A stretch of 64,000 nt of DNA from Caecitellus pseudoparvulus (GCA_965644315.1 CBFFRQ010000096.1:310001-374000); one strand, 5' to 3'. Counted from the stretch's first letter, positions 14,004 through 26,447 are shown. A program made the numbers and translations. Notes: generated from the sequence alone by a model not told the origin.

Positions 14004-15825
14004 TCACAGGGCTGCTGCGCCCAGCTCCCCGCCGCCACCCACGCTGCCCGAGTCCCCTGCCGTGCTGCCACTCCCTGCCATCGTCGGCACGCTCTCTGCG
14101 TCCTCCTCAGGCCGCAGGGACGTGGTGCTGAGCTGCCCAACGCTCTGCGGCAGCGGCTGCCCTTCCCGTCCTCGCTTCATGCCCCGCGCAGCGTCGCCAG
14201 CAGCCGACGCTGCCGTCATGGAGTGCGAGGTGGCGGGTGCGGGGGACTCCAGCCAGGATGCCGGCAAGGGGCGGGTCACTGGCAGGGGCGGTGTCAGTGC
14301 GGCCGCCGCGCCACCCCCTGCCACCATGGCTGCCGTTTGGCCGCCGTCGACGCCCTGCCCGCCTCCGCCTTGCCACCTGGCGCGCTTCGGCAGCCCCTGC
14401 AGCACTGAGGACCAGGAGGAGGAGGACTGGCGACCCCCCTCAGACATGCCACTGCCACTGCCGCTGCCGCTGCCCCCTCCAGGCGTCAGAGGGGGACCCT
14501 TCCCAGTCTGCGTCGGCACCGCTGGCAAGTCCTCGCCAGTGGAGCCATCTGCAGAGCCCGACCCCGACCCCTGGCGCGAGTCCCCGCCAGAGGCTGTGTC
14601 TTGGCGGGAGCCCTCACGACTGCCCTCCCCATCCCCTGACCCGGCGCCGCCCGAGCCGCTGCCGCTGCCATCGCCAGACCCCGTGCCTGAGCGGGAGCCC
14701 CGGCCATGCGGGTCGCTGGAGTCATTGGAGCTGCCGTTGCGGTTGTCACCGCTGTCTGAGCCGTGCGACGCAGCAGGGTCAGGGCCAGATCGAATAGGCG
14801 CCGGTGGGTGCCGCACGAGGGAGGCTTGTGCCTGGCTTGACTGGCGCTCGGCAGGTACAGCCCAGGCTGCCGCTGCCCACGCGGGGGGCAGGCCGCTGGG
14901 GGGGGCTGGCACGGCCGCGGGGCGCGGGCCACTGGCTGTCAGCGTGAGGCGTGCGACGGTGATGGGGGTGGACGTGCCCAGCCCTGGGTGGCGCAAGAAG
15001 GTGGTGGTCACGTGCAGGGCCCTCAGCGAGCCGTCGGCGGTTGGCAGGTAGGCCATGTTCCCCACCGATGCAGAGCCGGTCGGGTTCGAAGCGGCTTCTA
15101 CGAGGGCCTGGCGCTTGGCGTTGATGTGGGGGGCCATGTGCCCTGCCAACTCACCCAGGGGAGGCGGCTGAGGGTGCCCTTCACCGCCCCCCTTCGCGTA
15201 GGCCATGGCGAGCAAGTGCCCTGGCAGGCAGCGCGACGGCAGCGTGCCGTGGGTGGACACATGCTCCAGGATTTCAGAGGCCTTCAAGCCCGTCAGCCTC
15301 ACAAAGCGTCGGTTGATGCACTGCGCACAGGTACGCCGGCGGGCGAGCGTGAGGCGTTCGGGATGCCAGCGCGAAACGCCGCTGTCACACAGCACGTCAC
15401 ACGAGCACACGTACATAGCAGAGCGGGAGCTTGGAAGTAAACGGATCCAGAATCATGGACACCTCTGCCATGAGGGAGTCCTCCACTCCCATCGCAACCT
15501 CCACAGCGTGGCCAACCAGCGCCTCCAGCTGAGCGGGCGTTGCCATGGCCATCGATGCAGGGGACGCTGCCGGCCGCCCCGGCTCCTGGGCTTGAATGTG
15601 GTGCAGGACTTCTGCTTCAAGGGGACCAAGGGCTGAGAACGTGCAGCATTCGGCACCCCGCATGCTCTCTGGAATGCAGACAGCTCCCTCTGGGACACAT
15701 GCCGCCAAGAACTGCAGTCCCAGCGACGCCGAGGACGCCGCGCTGGCAGCCAGCTTGCTGTGCACCATTTCCCTCCAATCGCTACTCATGCTGCCCACTG
15801 ACTGCGTGCCTCCTGTCTCCGCCAT
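14004..15825 (-). CDS. Divergent PAS/LOV-like family protein, paralogue B, with Gly/Ser-rich tail
   Basis: Probable ATG 15825 (MAETGG). Intron 15321-15414 (GTACGT..GCGCAG) gives MILDPFTSKLPLCY|CINRRFVRLTGLKASEILEH, resembling the N-terminal half of PAS/LOV domains. Confidence 0.65.
14440..14790 (-). repeat. Gly/Ser low-complexity coding repeat (GSG-x units)
   Basis: GSGTGSGDGSGSGSGGAGSGDGEGS and GGGSGSGSGSG in paralogue B. Confidence 0.6.
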
Positions 15826-16142
15826 TGCCGGTCGGTCTTGGAACGCACTGTACCTCGCCAGCGGGAGGAGCTGTCGCTGCGCTGGGCCAAAGGGCGAAAC
15901 ACGCCTGCTGCAGGTGGGAATCGATAACTTGCGTAGGTGTGCCGGCCCGGTGCTGAATCCAGACAGCATCTCAGCCAGGGGTTTTTGTTTTGTGTGCAGA
16001 CGCGCAGGCGGGAGGGGCATTGCCAGGCCCAAGGTTCGGTGGCGCCACCTCGGCAGCGGCGAGAGAGAGCTGGGCAGTTACATCGGAGGCGAAAACACTT
16101 CCCTTGGGCCCTCTGCAGCTGCACCGCATGGGGACCTCAAGC

Positions 16143-17954
16143 TTACATTATTCTCTCTGTGCTTGCGAAAGCCCCCTCCGTTGGGCTGCTCTGAGCAGTG
16201 TCCAGGCTGCGTGACCCGCCCGTCGGTGGACCCATCGATTGTGGAGGGAGAGCAGAGCGACCCGGCAGTGCCAGCGGCGGTTCCAACCCCGACATCGAAG
16301 CAGAAGAAGGCTGGCCGCTGAGGGCAGACCCTCGATGAAGCGCGGTGTCTCGCCAGAGGCTGGGAACCTGTGCCTGCCACGCTGTGAGCGGTGGAGCCGC
16401 CGAGTGTGTCCCCCCTGAAGCAGGGCTCGCCGCCCAGCTGTTGACATGGCTGCTGACACCACTGTGGAATGGGGGGTAGGGGCTTACCGTTGTACGAAAC
16501 CCAAGCGTCGTGGCAGGGGAGCGCTGCGCTAGGGAAGCGGAGCCCTGCGCGCTTGCCAGGCTGGGCTGCGGAACACCTCGCAGCAGTGCGTGCCAGTCAG
16601 CGGCGACAGCATTCGCGCTATCATTGGAGGGGGGGCGCACAGGCCCCACTGCGGGAGGGAGAGGGGCAAGCTGAGGATTGAGCTGCAGCCGGATGGGCTG
16701 CCCCACCACAGACACGCGGGGGTAGCATTCTTGAGACTGAGGCTGGGGACTGTGCTGGCTGCCCGGCGCCTCGAAGGTGCCAGAGCCTTGGGCAGCCTGT
16801 GACTTGGATGACTGCCTGGAAGCAGAGCTCTTGGTTGAAGGGGTTGTGCGGGATGCAGTCCGCACATCCTCGCCATCAATGGTCGGCTTGCCTTGCACTC
16901 CAAACTCGACGACGGCTGTCGTCACAGGTGTCAGAACAGGCGTGCCGACGCAGGGCTCAGCCACGAACTGGCGGTGCCAGGAGGTAGACACAGTAAGTGT
17001 GCACTGCTTGCCAGTCGGATGCAGCCACGCTTCGCCCTGGCAGACGGAGTCTGTGCCCTGGACTGAATCCAGACACCTCAACAGCGCTCGCAGCTTGCCC
17101 ATCGCAAGTCGCCCGGTACCAGCCAGCGCGTCCGGCGTCCAAGCACTTTGCAGGCAGGACTCGGCGCCGCTGCTCGCGCGCACTGCAGCTGCAGCGTTGC
17201 CCGGCTGGGCCTGCTGCAAGCCTGCTGTGTGGGGTTTCGCTTGCGCTTCTCGAATCGCTTGTACAGCCCCCGTCCAGCAGTGAGGGGGGGGTACGCCCCT
17301 GGAGGCGAGGTGGGCCTGAATGATTTTCGCCTGCCCAGTGTGCCCCATGAGATCTTCGTACGCTTCGCTCCATGTCTGGAAGGGCGGCGGGTGCGGGTGT
17401 ATCAACAGTTTGTCAGGTGCGGCCCAGCGTGGGCCAAGCGCACTTGCAGTTACCCTGGTTACAAGGGGGCAGGTGCGTATGCGCTCTGAGCCGCGGGAAC
17501 CCGCTGCACTCACCACCAAGACTGGAAGAAGTGAGTTCAATGGCTCGTACACTGTGCACATGGCTGGGCGTGCCGCCTGCTCCACAGCCCGAGCGATGGA
17601 CAGTGCATGGCTTGCCCACGCCTGCACAGCCTTCGTACTTGGGCTGCCTGCCCGCACAGCTGCAAGGTGGCCGAGCAAGCTCGCCCCCGCCCTGGCAACT
17701 TCATGGTCCACAATGCTGCGTTTATGAATGCAGGCGGCCTCTGCGGGCCCCAGAGTCACGAACAGCGCTGCCAGGCCCTCCGGCAGGCCAGAGGCGCCGT
17801 GAGCAGCATTGTACGCCTCGGCGGACGGCATTGCCACGCGCAGCGGCTTCACAGCTTCTGCTGCCTCTTCCGCCCATTCTTGCACTGACTCAGTGATACA
17901 GTTCACGAAAAATTCCTCCAGGGGGCGCTGTGCAGCACCAGCCACGCCGTGCAT
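16143..17954 (-). CDS. Divergent PAS/LOV-like family protein, paralogue C
   Basis: ORF 16143..18233, probable ATG 17954. In-frame 138-nt intron 17376-17513 (GTGAGT..TTCCAG) gives VYEPLNSLLPVLV|TWSEAYEDLMGHTGQAKIIQAHLASRGVPPPHC. Confidence 0.55.
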   Translation of the reverse strand: MHGVAGAAQRPLEEFFVNCITESVQEWAEEAAEAVKPLRVAMPSAEAYNAAHGASGLPEGLAALFVTLGPAEAACIHKRSIVDHEVARAGASLLGHLAAVRAGSPSTKAVQAWASHALSIARAVEQAARPAMCTVYEPLNSLLPVLVVSAAGSRGSERIRTCPLVTRVTASALGPRWAAPDKLLIHPHPPPFQTWSEAYEDLMGHTGQAKIIQAHLASRGVPPPHCWTGAVQAIREAQAKPHTAGLQQAQPGNAAAAVRASSGAESCLQSAWTPDALAGTGRLAMGKLRALLRCLDSVQGTDSVCQGEAWLHPTGKQCTLTVSTSWHRQFVAEPCVGTPVLTPVTTAVVEFGVQGKPTIDGEDVRTASRTTPSTKSSASRQSSKSQAAQGSGTFEAPGSQHSPQPQSQECYPRVSVVGQPIRLQLNPQLAPLPPAVGPVRPPSNDSANAVAADWHALLRGVPQPSLASAQGSASLAQRSPATTLGFRTTVSPYPPFHSGVSSHVNSWAASPASGGTHSAAPPLTAWQAQVPSLWRDTALHRGSALSGQPSSASMSGLEPPLALPGRSALPPQSMGPPTGGSRSLDTAQSSPTEGAFASTERIM

Positions 17955-18328
17955 GCCTTGAGATCGAGCGGCCGCCTCCGCCGCCGCTGCTGCCTCTCTG
18001 ATTCCGCAGCTGGCTGTGCACGGCAGCCGCGTCAAAGCAGAGAAGGCCAATCCTTTTCTGACTGCACAGCTGCACCCTTCCAGAAGAAATCCACCCAACC
18101 TTGGCTTTGGTCTGTGGCTGCCGTTCCCGCCCTGCTGCCGGCAGGTGAGTTTTTGAGTCGTGGCCTCGATGTGGGAGCGCACAGAGTGTCTCGACGCGCG
18201 AAGCCGCCCAACACCGCGGGGGAGTGCGCCCACACCCGCCCCCGCGAGAACTGACCGCGCTCACAGCAACAAGCCTCCGTTCCTCACCACACAAGGGCCT
18301 AGTCAGGCAATGGCACGGTACGGGGTCT

Positions 18329-21300
18329 TCACACGAGGAATTCGTCGGCGTCGTTGGCACGCCCATCTGCGGGAGCTCTGTGGAGAGCACTGTCCGGTGC
18401 TGCGTCCAGGGCTCCGTCCGCCGTGCCGGCTCTCGCTGTCGACCTGAGCGCGGGAAGGCGAGGTTTGCCTGCTTCGGTGCCTCGCTGGGGTACTGCCTCA
18501 CCGGTTCTGCGAATGGGACCCAAGGGCGGGAGCACGGCGACCCTTCCGCTGCTGCCCATCGTGGGCTCGTCATCTGACGAGTCATCGGGGTGCCGAGGAA
18601 GTGCGAAAACACTTGTCACTTTCGGGGCCGGAGCCACCCTGGCCACCGAAGACTTGAATGCGGACAGCAGGCCGGAGGCTTTGGCCTTTGAAGCACTGTT
18701 TGATGGCTGCGATGCCGGTCCAGCCTGACTCCCTCCCACCTGCTCGCTGCTGCCATGGAGCGGCGTCTGAGCTGCCCTTGCGCTGGAGACAGCAGAATCT
18801 ATCGACGCTCGAGGGAGGGCAAAACAGTCACAGCACCCACATGCTACTGGCAGCTGCCGGGCAAGGGCTGTGCTCCAGTGGTCGAAGGCAAGAACATTGC
18901 TACGGCCGATGCAGCCTCCCAGCTTGGACGACATGCACGCGGCACGGCGGCCTCGCCGCTGGGCTTCGGCGTAGGAAAGGAGGCTGTCCATGTCGATGCT
19001 CCCATCCCGTTGCACAAGTATGTGGGGTACATCCTCTGGTGCAGTCCACCGTTCGTACTGTCGCCCAGGAAGCACGGGAAGCATAGTGCTCACGTGCTGC
19101 TCCGACTCAGCAAGGGCAAGGGCTTGAGCGAAACCTCCCCACAATGGGTCTTCCAGGGGGCTATACGATACACGGCTGCCCTGCACTGCACTCAACTGGA
19201 CGGTGCTCAAGTGGACCCCTTGCGGCACTAGCTCTCCTTGAACGCGCACCGACATGGCACCGCCTTGGGCGATGAAGGCCAGCGCCTCCAGCTTCAGGCG
19301 GGAGCCTTCGACAGCGTGTGGAACGAGCGCCCAACCTTGTCGCTTGTTGATGTCCGTCAGTGTGGGATTGTCGCCTTCCCTCACAAGCTGCCTGTACGGT
19401 TGCGTGAACGCAGGCAGGAACCGCTCTGGGTGAGGCGCGAACAGGCTGTGCATGCCTTGCCCCATCTTGCCGCATGTCGCGACCCTCGAGAGATGTGACG
19501 CACAAGGGGGGGGGCAGACTCTCTGGAGCAGGCACGCCGATGCGAGGCCCAGTACCAAGACGCAAGCGCAGATGAGTGAGGGGACGTACAGGGTGCGCAC
19601 AGCGACATCTGCAACAACGGGTGGGAGCTGAGCCCCCATGCTCGCGATGGCTGCCCGGCCTTGCCCAGGATTCAACGTCTCGAGCAGATGCTGGCTCTGC
19701 ACAAGTGCGGGGCTGCTGTACACACCCCAGCACGCTGCGAGGTAGGCAGCCACGAGGAGCAGCAAGCACGCCCCAACTCCCCGCTCCACTTGGTAGCTCG
19801 GGTCTCGTTCAGGAACTGCCATGACTCGGTAGGCGAGTAGCTTGACTTGCCAGTACTCCAGAGCTAGCGAGGCAGCGACGAAGCAGAGCATGATCGGCGC
19901 GCCAGGGGAGGCAACCGCAGCGATGAACAGCCATGTGAGCGCACGAGAGTAGTGTTTCCCAGCAGGCAGTCGTCTTGGCCGCCACTCGTAGTTGACCTGG
20001 TCTTGATCTGATCCCTCTTCCAGCGCCTTCCGGCGATGTCGCGGCAGGAGGAAGAAGTGCCGGACCAAGCTTGGTGCGTTTCCAGCGACAGCATCCAGCA
20101 GGACGAATGCGCACATATACGAAGAGATAGCCACTTGGCATGTAGGTGACAAAGCCATGAATGCTCCCTGTGTAGTGCCGAAAGCAGGGTCTACAAACGT
20201 GAAGGGAGTCGAAGCAGGCGAGTATCCCTGCGGAGGCCTCAACTCACCAGCTTCACGCCCAAGCTTGCTTCCACTGGGGCAGAAAGGTGAGACTGTAAGA
20301 AGACAAACAGCGGAAAGACGATGGCGTTTGCAAGGAGGAACACTTGAGTGAGCCACCACTGAGTGAAAGCTGCGTCGCTGCGGGAGACGTGCTGTGCAGA
20401 GCTTGCGATCGCTGCGGACATGTGCGGAAGAAGCATCGCAGTAGCGGCAGACAGCACCGCATAGGACCAGGGAAACAACCGTAGAACTTGAGCGCACTCA
20501 GCAAAGCTGCTACATACTGCTCCTGCGCTGCTTGCAGATGTCAATCGGGCCAGGCCTAGCTCGAATCCCCACGCAGCAACAAGCGCCTCTGCTTCCTGTC
20601 TGCAGTAGCACTGAACCAAGTCCTCTTGCGAATAGCCACGCTGATCTACGTTTGAAGCTGCCGAGTGCACTTGCTGCGGCGCCTGCAAGTGAGGCTGTGC
20701 GTTGCATAGCTTCTGAGAGTTGGTGGGATCCAGGCACACGCCAAAGCAGGGGTCCGCAGTCCATCCGCCTTGCCCTAGGTTGTTTTCCAGAGAGGCCTGC
20801 CCCCAAGCGAGAGAAACCAGATTGGACGAATTGCACTGTTGCCGTGGAACCTGCTGCAGTCTTGTATCAGGTGGAAAAGCTGTGGTGCCAAACGCAGCTG
20901 CCGGAGCCACATATTCACATACACCGCCAGGGGGAGACTGACCCGCCGCTTGGATGAACCCTTGGCCAGCGATGACGTGAAGCGCAGCCAAAAGGCAGAG
21001 CACGAGACACCCCACCAGCCCGACCAGAGTGCAAGCCTTGAAGTTATGCTCGTCGCTCTGAAACAGAGCCGACCAAGAGACACTCTCAGGGTGGGGAGCC
21101 GGCGCCACCGCCACGCGCCGTCCCTTGAGCAGCAGGCCTTGAGAGGAACCACACGACACACCCCGGCAGCAACAAAGCGCGCATGTTGAGGAGCTGTAGT
21201 CCTCCACCACTCTCTGCCAGCTTTCTTCGTTGTTGAAAGTGATGAATGCCGCCCCAGCTTGAGCTGAGTGGGGAAGGGACGGCGTGGCGCTGTCCAGCTC

Positions 21301-22794
21301 TTGCAGCGCAAGGTCACAATCCGCAAGCTGATCCTGTGCCGCAATTGCACGCTCAGAATCTGCCTCTGGTGAGGAATCAGAGTACTTGAGGCAGTCTGCC
21401 ACCAGCCTGTCGCGCTCCCGCTTCATGGCCACCATGCTGGCGTAGTGGGTGGACAGAGCAGGACTCTGCGGGACAACTTGCACATCTGCGACCCACTTGC
21501 CTGCCGCCCCGCTCCCACAAAACTGGGATGCGACCTCTGTGGTGGGATTCAGCGTCCCTCGAGGCCGCCTCTGCAGCGTTGCCAGCGATAGCTGCGCTGT
21601 GTTTTGGGGGTCGAAGGCGTGCCGGGCTGGTGCAGCATAGCAGGGACATCGCCGCCGCCCAGCAGTGCTGGATGCCGCACTGCTCAAGTCCGCCAGCCGG
21701 TCAAAATGCTCTGCAACCTCTTGTGCTGTCGTGCTGGGGTGCAGACCCTGGGCTATGACGCTGTAGTGCGCAACGCGCGGTTGCCTCCACGGCTCGCGTC
21801 GAATGTCCACGGTCACCGCCCATCGCCACTCGATGACTAGCGCCAAGAGGGCAGCCCCTGCAATGACCTGAAATACAGAGCAGTACAGGAAGATGAAGTC
21901 GAGGAGTTGGTCAGACATGCCAGGCAGCGCTATGGTTTGGTGGGGGCAGGGGTCGTCCACAGTTCCCAGGCACGTGGAGTTCTTCATGCCGGTCCACTTT
22001 GCTGTCTCCGGTTTGCCCAAGCCTGCGAAGGACACAGTGCCTACGCCAAGCATGTCTTCGTCCAGCTTGGACAGCCTGTCCCCGAACGAGCTGAGCACCA
22101 TGACGGGAACGCTGGTGATGGCAGCGACCACCAGAGCAATGGGTGCCATCTTCTGCACAGGACAAGGGCCCACCTGGCATGAGTATGGAAACTCGGCATT
22201 GTCTGGAGGCGCGCGCTCACCAGGAGACTGAGCAGCAGCTTCAGCGGGGGGGCAGCGCCAGCGTTCCCGAGGCTTGGGCTGGAATTGCAGCAGATCCTCG
22301 CGAGTCCACCGGCATGCACTTCTTTCGTGAAGACCCCGAGAGCCTGGCGTGTTTGCGGGGAGTGGGGGAGGGCGTGCATGCAAGTAGCGTTTCATGGGCG
22401 TTCAGCGACAGCGGCGGCGAAGCGCAGCAGCACTCACTTCTGCCTGGTTCGGCCGCACCCAGAGCTCCTTGCTCAGGCGTGACAGCAGCGCACCTCCCAG
22501 GTGCTTCTTCAAGCCAAGCTCTTTTGCCTTCAGGTACGCTCGGCGACGTCGCGCCTCTGCTTCGCGTTGTGAACGCAAGCGGATGTGCCGTTCCCCTGAG
22601 GCATTGACTCGCTCGCGCACCTCCTTTGCATCTGCCAGCACACGTCCATCGTGCGCAAAGAGCAGTTCAGGCTCCAAGCTTTCCTCTGCTGTGCGGATAT
22701 TTTCAGCAGCTTGAAGACTCTGGGCCGCTGCATCGGCGTAGTGAGCCAGCATGCGCTGGCGGGCGTTGCGCCTGCTGCTATCCATGCTTGCCAC
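18329..22794 (-). CDS. OSCA/TMEM63 (CSC1)-like multi-pass cation channel, divergent, multi-exon
   Basis: Motifs YSVIAQGL..AQEVAEHF, AFITFNNEES, APAPHPESVSWSAL (cf. AP-x-P-x-D-I-x-W-x-N-L) and YSRALTWLFI..SPGAPI..LEYWQVKLL, spread over ORFs 20239..22395 and 18329..20497. Probable first exon from 22794. Intron boundaries not all resolved. Confidence 0.65.
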
Positions 22795-23077
22795 AGATGA
22801 AGCTGGCAGACTGGCTCGAGCCGCCGGCTCTCACACGCTCATTCACACGAGCAGCACGAACACAATTCAAAAACAAGCCTGTGCACTCACACTGACAACT
22901 TCCTTTTGACTGTGCACTTGTCTTGCATCACCAGCGCTGGTAGCGGTGTGAGCGTTGCAGCGGCACCACCGTCAAGTGCGGATTTTGACCATATTCAAGG
23001 TGCCCCATCAAGCGAACGCTGCTTGGGAAGCACAGCATTAGGGGGCAGTCAACGAGTCTGACACGCCCTCCATAGTC

Positions 23078-26000
23078 ATGCCGAAGCAGGGCATGTCCGT
23101 GCTAAGCGTGGCTGGCACACGGCAGCACTCTCGAAAGCACTTGCAGCAGGGAGAATCAGCAGGTGCACAGCACACTCGACGTACGTGCCAGCGGCCCTTA
23201 TGAGCCGCCATGTGTACAGGTTCTACCGCCAACTCGATTTTTACACCTCTCTTTCTCAGCTGCGGGGCCTACTCGTGTCCCGAGCGGGAATCTTGGCGCC
23301 AAGGCTGCCGCCTTGCGGTGGCACACAGAGCGCGAGGGCCGGCAGGAGCGCACGCTTGACGCGAGAGCTGCCGTCAAGTCGCAAGCATGCTCCCTTGCCT
23401 TCCCACCTCCTGCTTTCATCCCCTGGCGCGAGGCGTCTTTTGATCGACGCCAGGCCCACCTGCACAAGGCAATCAAAGAGTGTGGCGCCGGGGCTTTGGC
23501 CAGCAGCGCGCCTGGCGGCACGCCGGGCACAAAGAACTTGGAAGTCCTTCAGGACCGCCTGCGGGCCCAGCGAGACGAGCTGACCCAGGTGAAGTACAGC
23601 ACGCTCCCACTGGGTGCTGCTGCTGACTTTGGAAAGCCTGGCGTGCCCTTCAAGTGGCGGTGCCGCGAAGCGGGCCGCCTCGTGCGCCTCGCCGTGTGTG
23701 TCACCATGTACAATGAGAGCGGGGAGGAGCTGTCCCGCACCCTGCGGGGGATAGCGTCCAATCTGGCACCACTCCAAGCCATGTGTGGCATTGCCTGGGA
23801 GGAAGTGGTGGTGTTCCTGGTCGCGGACGGGCGGCAGACGGTGCAGAAGCACGGCGCGCGGTGGCTGCAGAGCCACGGGCTTCTGGACACCATCGCGATG
23901 AAGGAGCGGGGCCAGGCCGCGGCAAACGCACAGGAATCTGTGTCCCTGCACGTGTTTGAAAGGACGGTGGAGTGGCCGGACGTGCACTGTCCCGACGCCT
24001 CCGAGACACCTCGGTCAGCCTGGGCCTTCCCCCCCATGCAAGTCATCACGGCGGTGAAGGAGCAGAACGGCGGCAAGCTGTCTTCCCATGCCTGGTTCTT
24101 CCAAGCCTTCTGCCCCCGCGTGCACCCTGAGTTCTGCCTGCTTCTGGACGCCGGCACGATGCCTCAGCCCACCAGCATCGCGCGCTTGATCCGCTCCATG
24201 CAGCTGCGTCCCGGCGTGGGCGGCGCGGCCGGGGAAATCGTTGCTGACAGCAACTGCTGCAATATCGTGCAGTGGGCGCAAGCCTTCGAGTACCAAATCG
24301 CCCACGACTTCGACAAGACGTTTGAGTCGGCATGTGGCTTCATCAGCGTCCTGCCAGGCGCCTTCTCAGCGTACAGGTGGGTGGCCCTGCTGGGCACGGG
24401 GAGTGTCAGCCCCCTGACAGCATACTTCAAGCTGGAGAGTGCCGAGGCTGGGCAAATTGACCCCATGGTCGCGAACATGTATCTCGCAGAGGACCGCATC
24501 CTGTGCAATGAGCTCGTGCTGCAGGCCAATGAAGCCTGGGTGCTGCACTACGAGTGTGGCGCGCAGGCGTCGACGGACACCCCCGCGACGCTACAAGCGC
24601 TGATCAAGCAGCGGCGCCGCTGGTTGAATGGGAGTCTCTTCGCCCAGATCAACTATATCGGGCAGTTTGTCTCCCGAATCGGTGCGACCCGGCACCCTTG
24701 GTGGCGGAAGTGCGTGTTGAGTCTCCAAGTGCTGTACATGGCATGCATGGCACTGGTCACGTGGTTCTCCCCCGGCCTGCTTTTCCTGTCACTCTTGGTT
24801 GTGCTGCGGGCGTTCAACGCAGTCGTGGGCACGCTCATTTCCCCGTTCTTCGACGCCTTCTTCTTTGCGGTGCTGTACCTCAGCTGCATCGGCACGCTCG
24901 TGCTGGCGGGCATGGTGGGGGACGTCGGCGACTTGGGGGCACTGTACGTTGGCATGGCGATGTTCTTCGGCGTCGTTGCTGTTGGGTCAGGCGTTATGAT
25001 TGCTGTGCTCATGGTGCTGTCTGCAGACAACCTCCACCCGGCAGTGCTCGCGTCGGCTGTTGGCGCCACTGTCCCGTACATCGTCGCACCGTCCCTGCAA
25101 CTCCGGCTGCGGTCTGCACTGGGAACTCTGCCTGCCTACGCGTTGCTTGCTTTGGCATATGTCAACATGTTGCCAATCAACGCGCTGGCACAGCTGCACG
25201 ACACGTCTTGGGGCACGCGCCCCGGCCGCACGGGCAGTCTGTGGCTGCAGTCTGCGGAGGAGCGTGAGGCAAGGGCGCTGCGCTTGACCAAGAGTGTCAT
25301 GGCCACTGTGGAGCAGCGCATCCCTCCCACGCCATCGGTTGAGCGACAGAGGGTTATAGCAGCTGTCTCGGCAGCCGTGCAAGAGGAGCACGCTGCCAAA
25401 CTCCGCCTGGAGCAGCAAGGACAGATGCGAGAGGCCAAGGCGAGCAGGCGCCAGAAACAGGAGGCGCAGGTGTTCAACTACTTCCGACTGTGGGTCACCC
25501 TGTCCTTCATGCTGTGCAATGGGCTGCTGGTCGCAGTCATCACAGCCTCTGGGGCCGTGTACTTCAGCGGCCTCACCATCGCAGGGATTGTCCTGCTCGC
25601 GACGCTGGGGCGAGGCGTGGGGATGTTTGCGTACTCCATTGAGCGCTGGTGCTCGTGGTTTGTGCGGCGCTTTTGCCACGTCCCCGAACGCAGCGGGAGG
25701 AACGCGTACCTCTGTGGTTGTCGCCAAGTTGATGCCCTGACTGGAGTGGAGAGCATGGTCTGCGCCTCACCTCTCGGACAGGTTGCATCGCACAGGTGGT
25801 TGGCCGCCCACAACCTCGCTACTCGTGATACAAAGGTCCCTGCCCCGCAGGGGAACTCAGTGGAGGCTGCCTCCTGCTGCGCCTGCCTCGCCCGCCCCGA
25901 GCAGCGAGCGTCACCTTACGTGCCCACGCCAGGCCTGGAGGGGTACACGACGTCGCCGAACTCTGGTCAGCGGGCTTGGATGAGGCAGGCCGTGCACCGT

Positions 26001-26447
26001 GGACTCCTTCCCAAGGAGCCAGATGCCACCATGAATGTCGTGCTTGCTCCAGGCCGAACACCTCAGCGCACAGAGTCAGCAACGCCTGTGGGCCCTCACG
26101 ACGGACCTGGTGGTGGTGCTGGGCAGGTGCCTGAGGGCACGTCTGAGGAAGGTGGGGGTGCCGCCAAGGCGGCTGGCGTCACCAGTGCAGGGACTGCGGC
26201 AGAAAGCCGCGATGAGACTGGCAGCCAGCCCGCGTCACCTCACACCAGCATAGCGAGGTATACATCCAAGTCATCGGTCGGGTTTCACCGCGAGAAGTCG
26301 CGGGGTCTGGCGGAAGCCATCAGTGCGTATACCTCCTTGCGGGATCTCCGTCCATCAGGGCAGGGGCGAGGAGCGACGCTGCAGCGGTTCGCATTCGACC
26401 AGCAGACAGGTACTTGGCAGCCTGTTAGCGAAGGGTCGGGCATGTGA
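23078..26447 (+). CDS. CHS: Chitin synthase (GT2, division-1-like)
   Basis: Catalytic motifs TMYNE, DG, KEQNGGKLSSH, LLDAGT, FEY, FISVLPGAFSAYR, YLAEDRILC, QRRRW and SWGTR, followed by a TM bundle. ATG 23078 with phase-1 intron 23181-23259 (GTACGT..TCTCAG). Confidence 0.93.

Noticed and set aside
15321-15416. Apparent frameshift or pseudogene between ORFs 15397..16032 and 14004..15416
   Set aside because: Explained by a canonical GT-AG intron shared with the paralogues.
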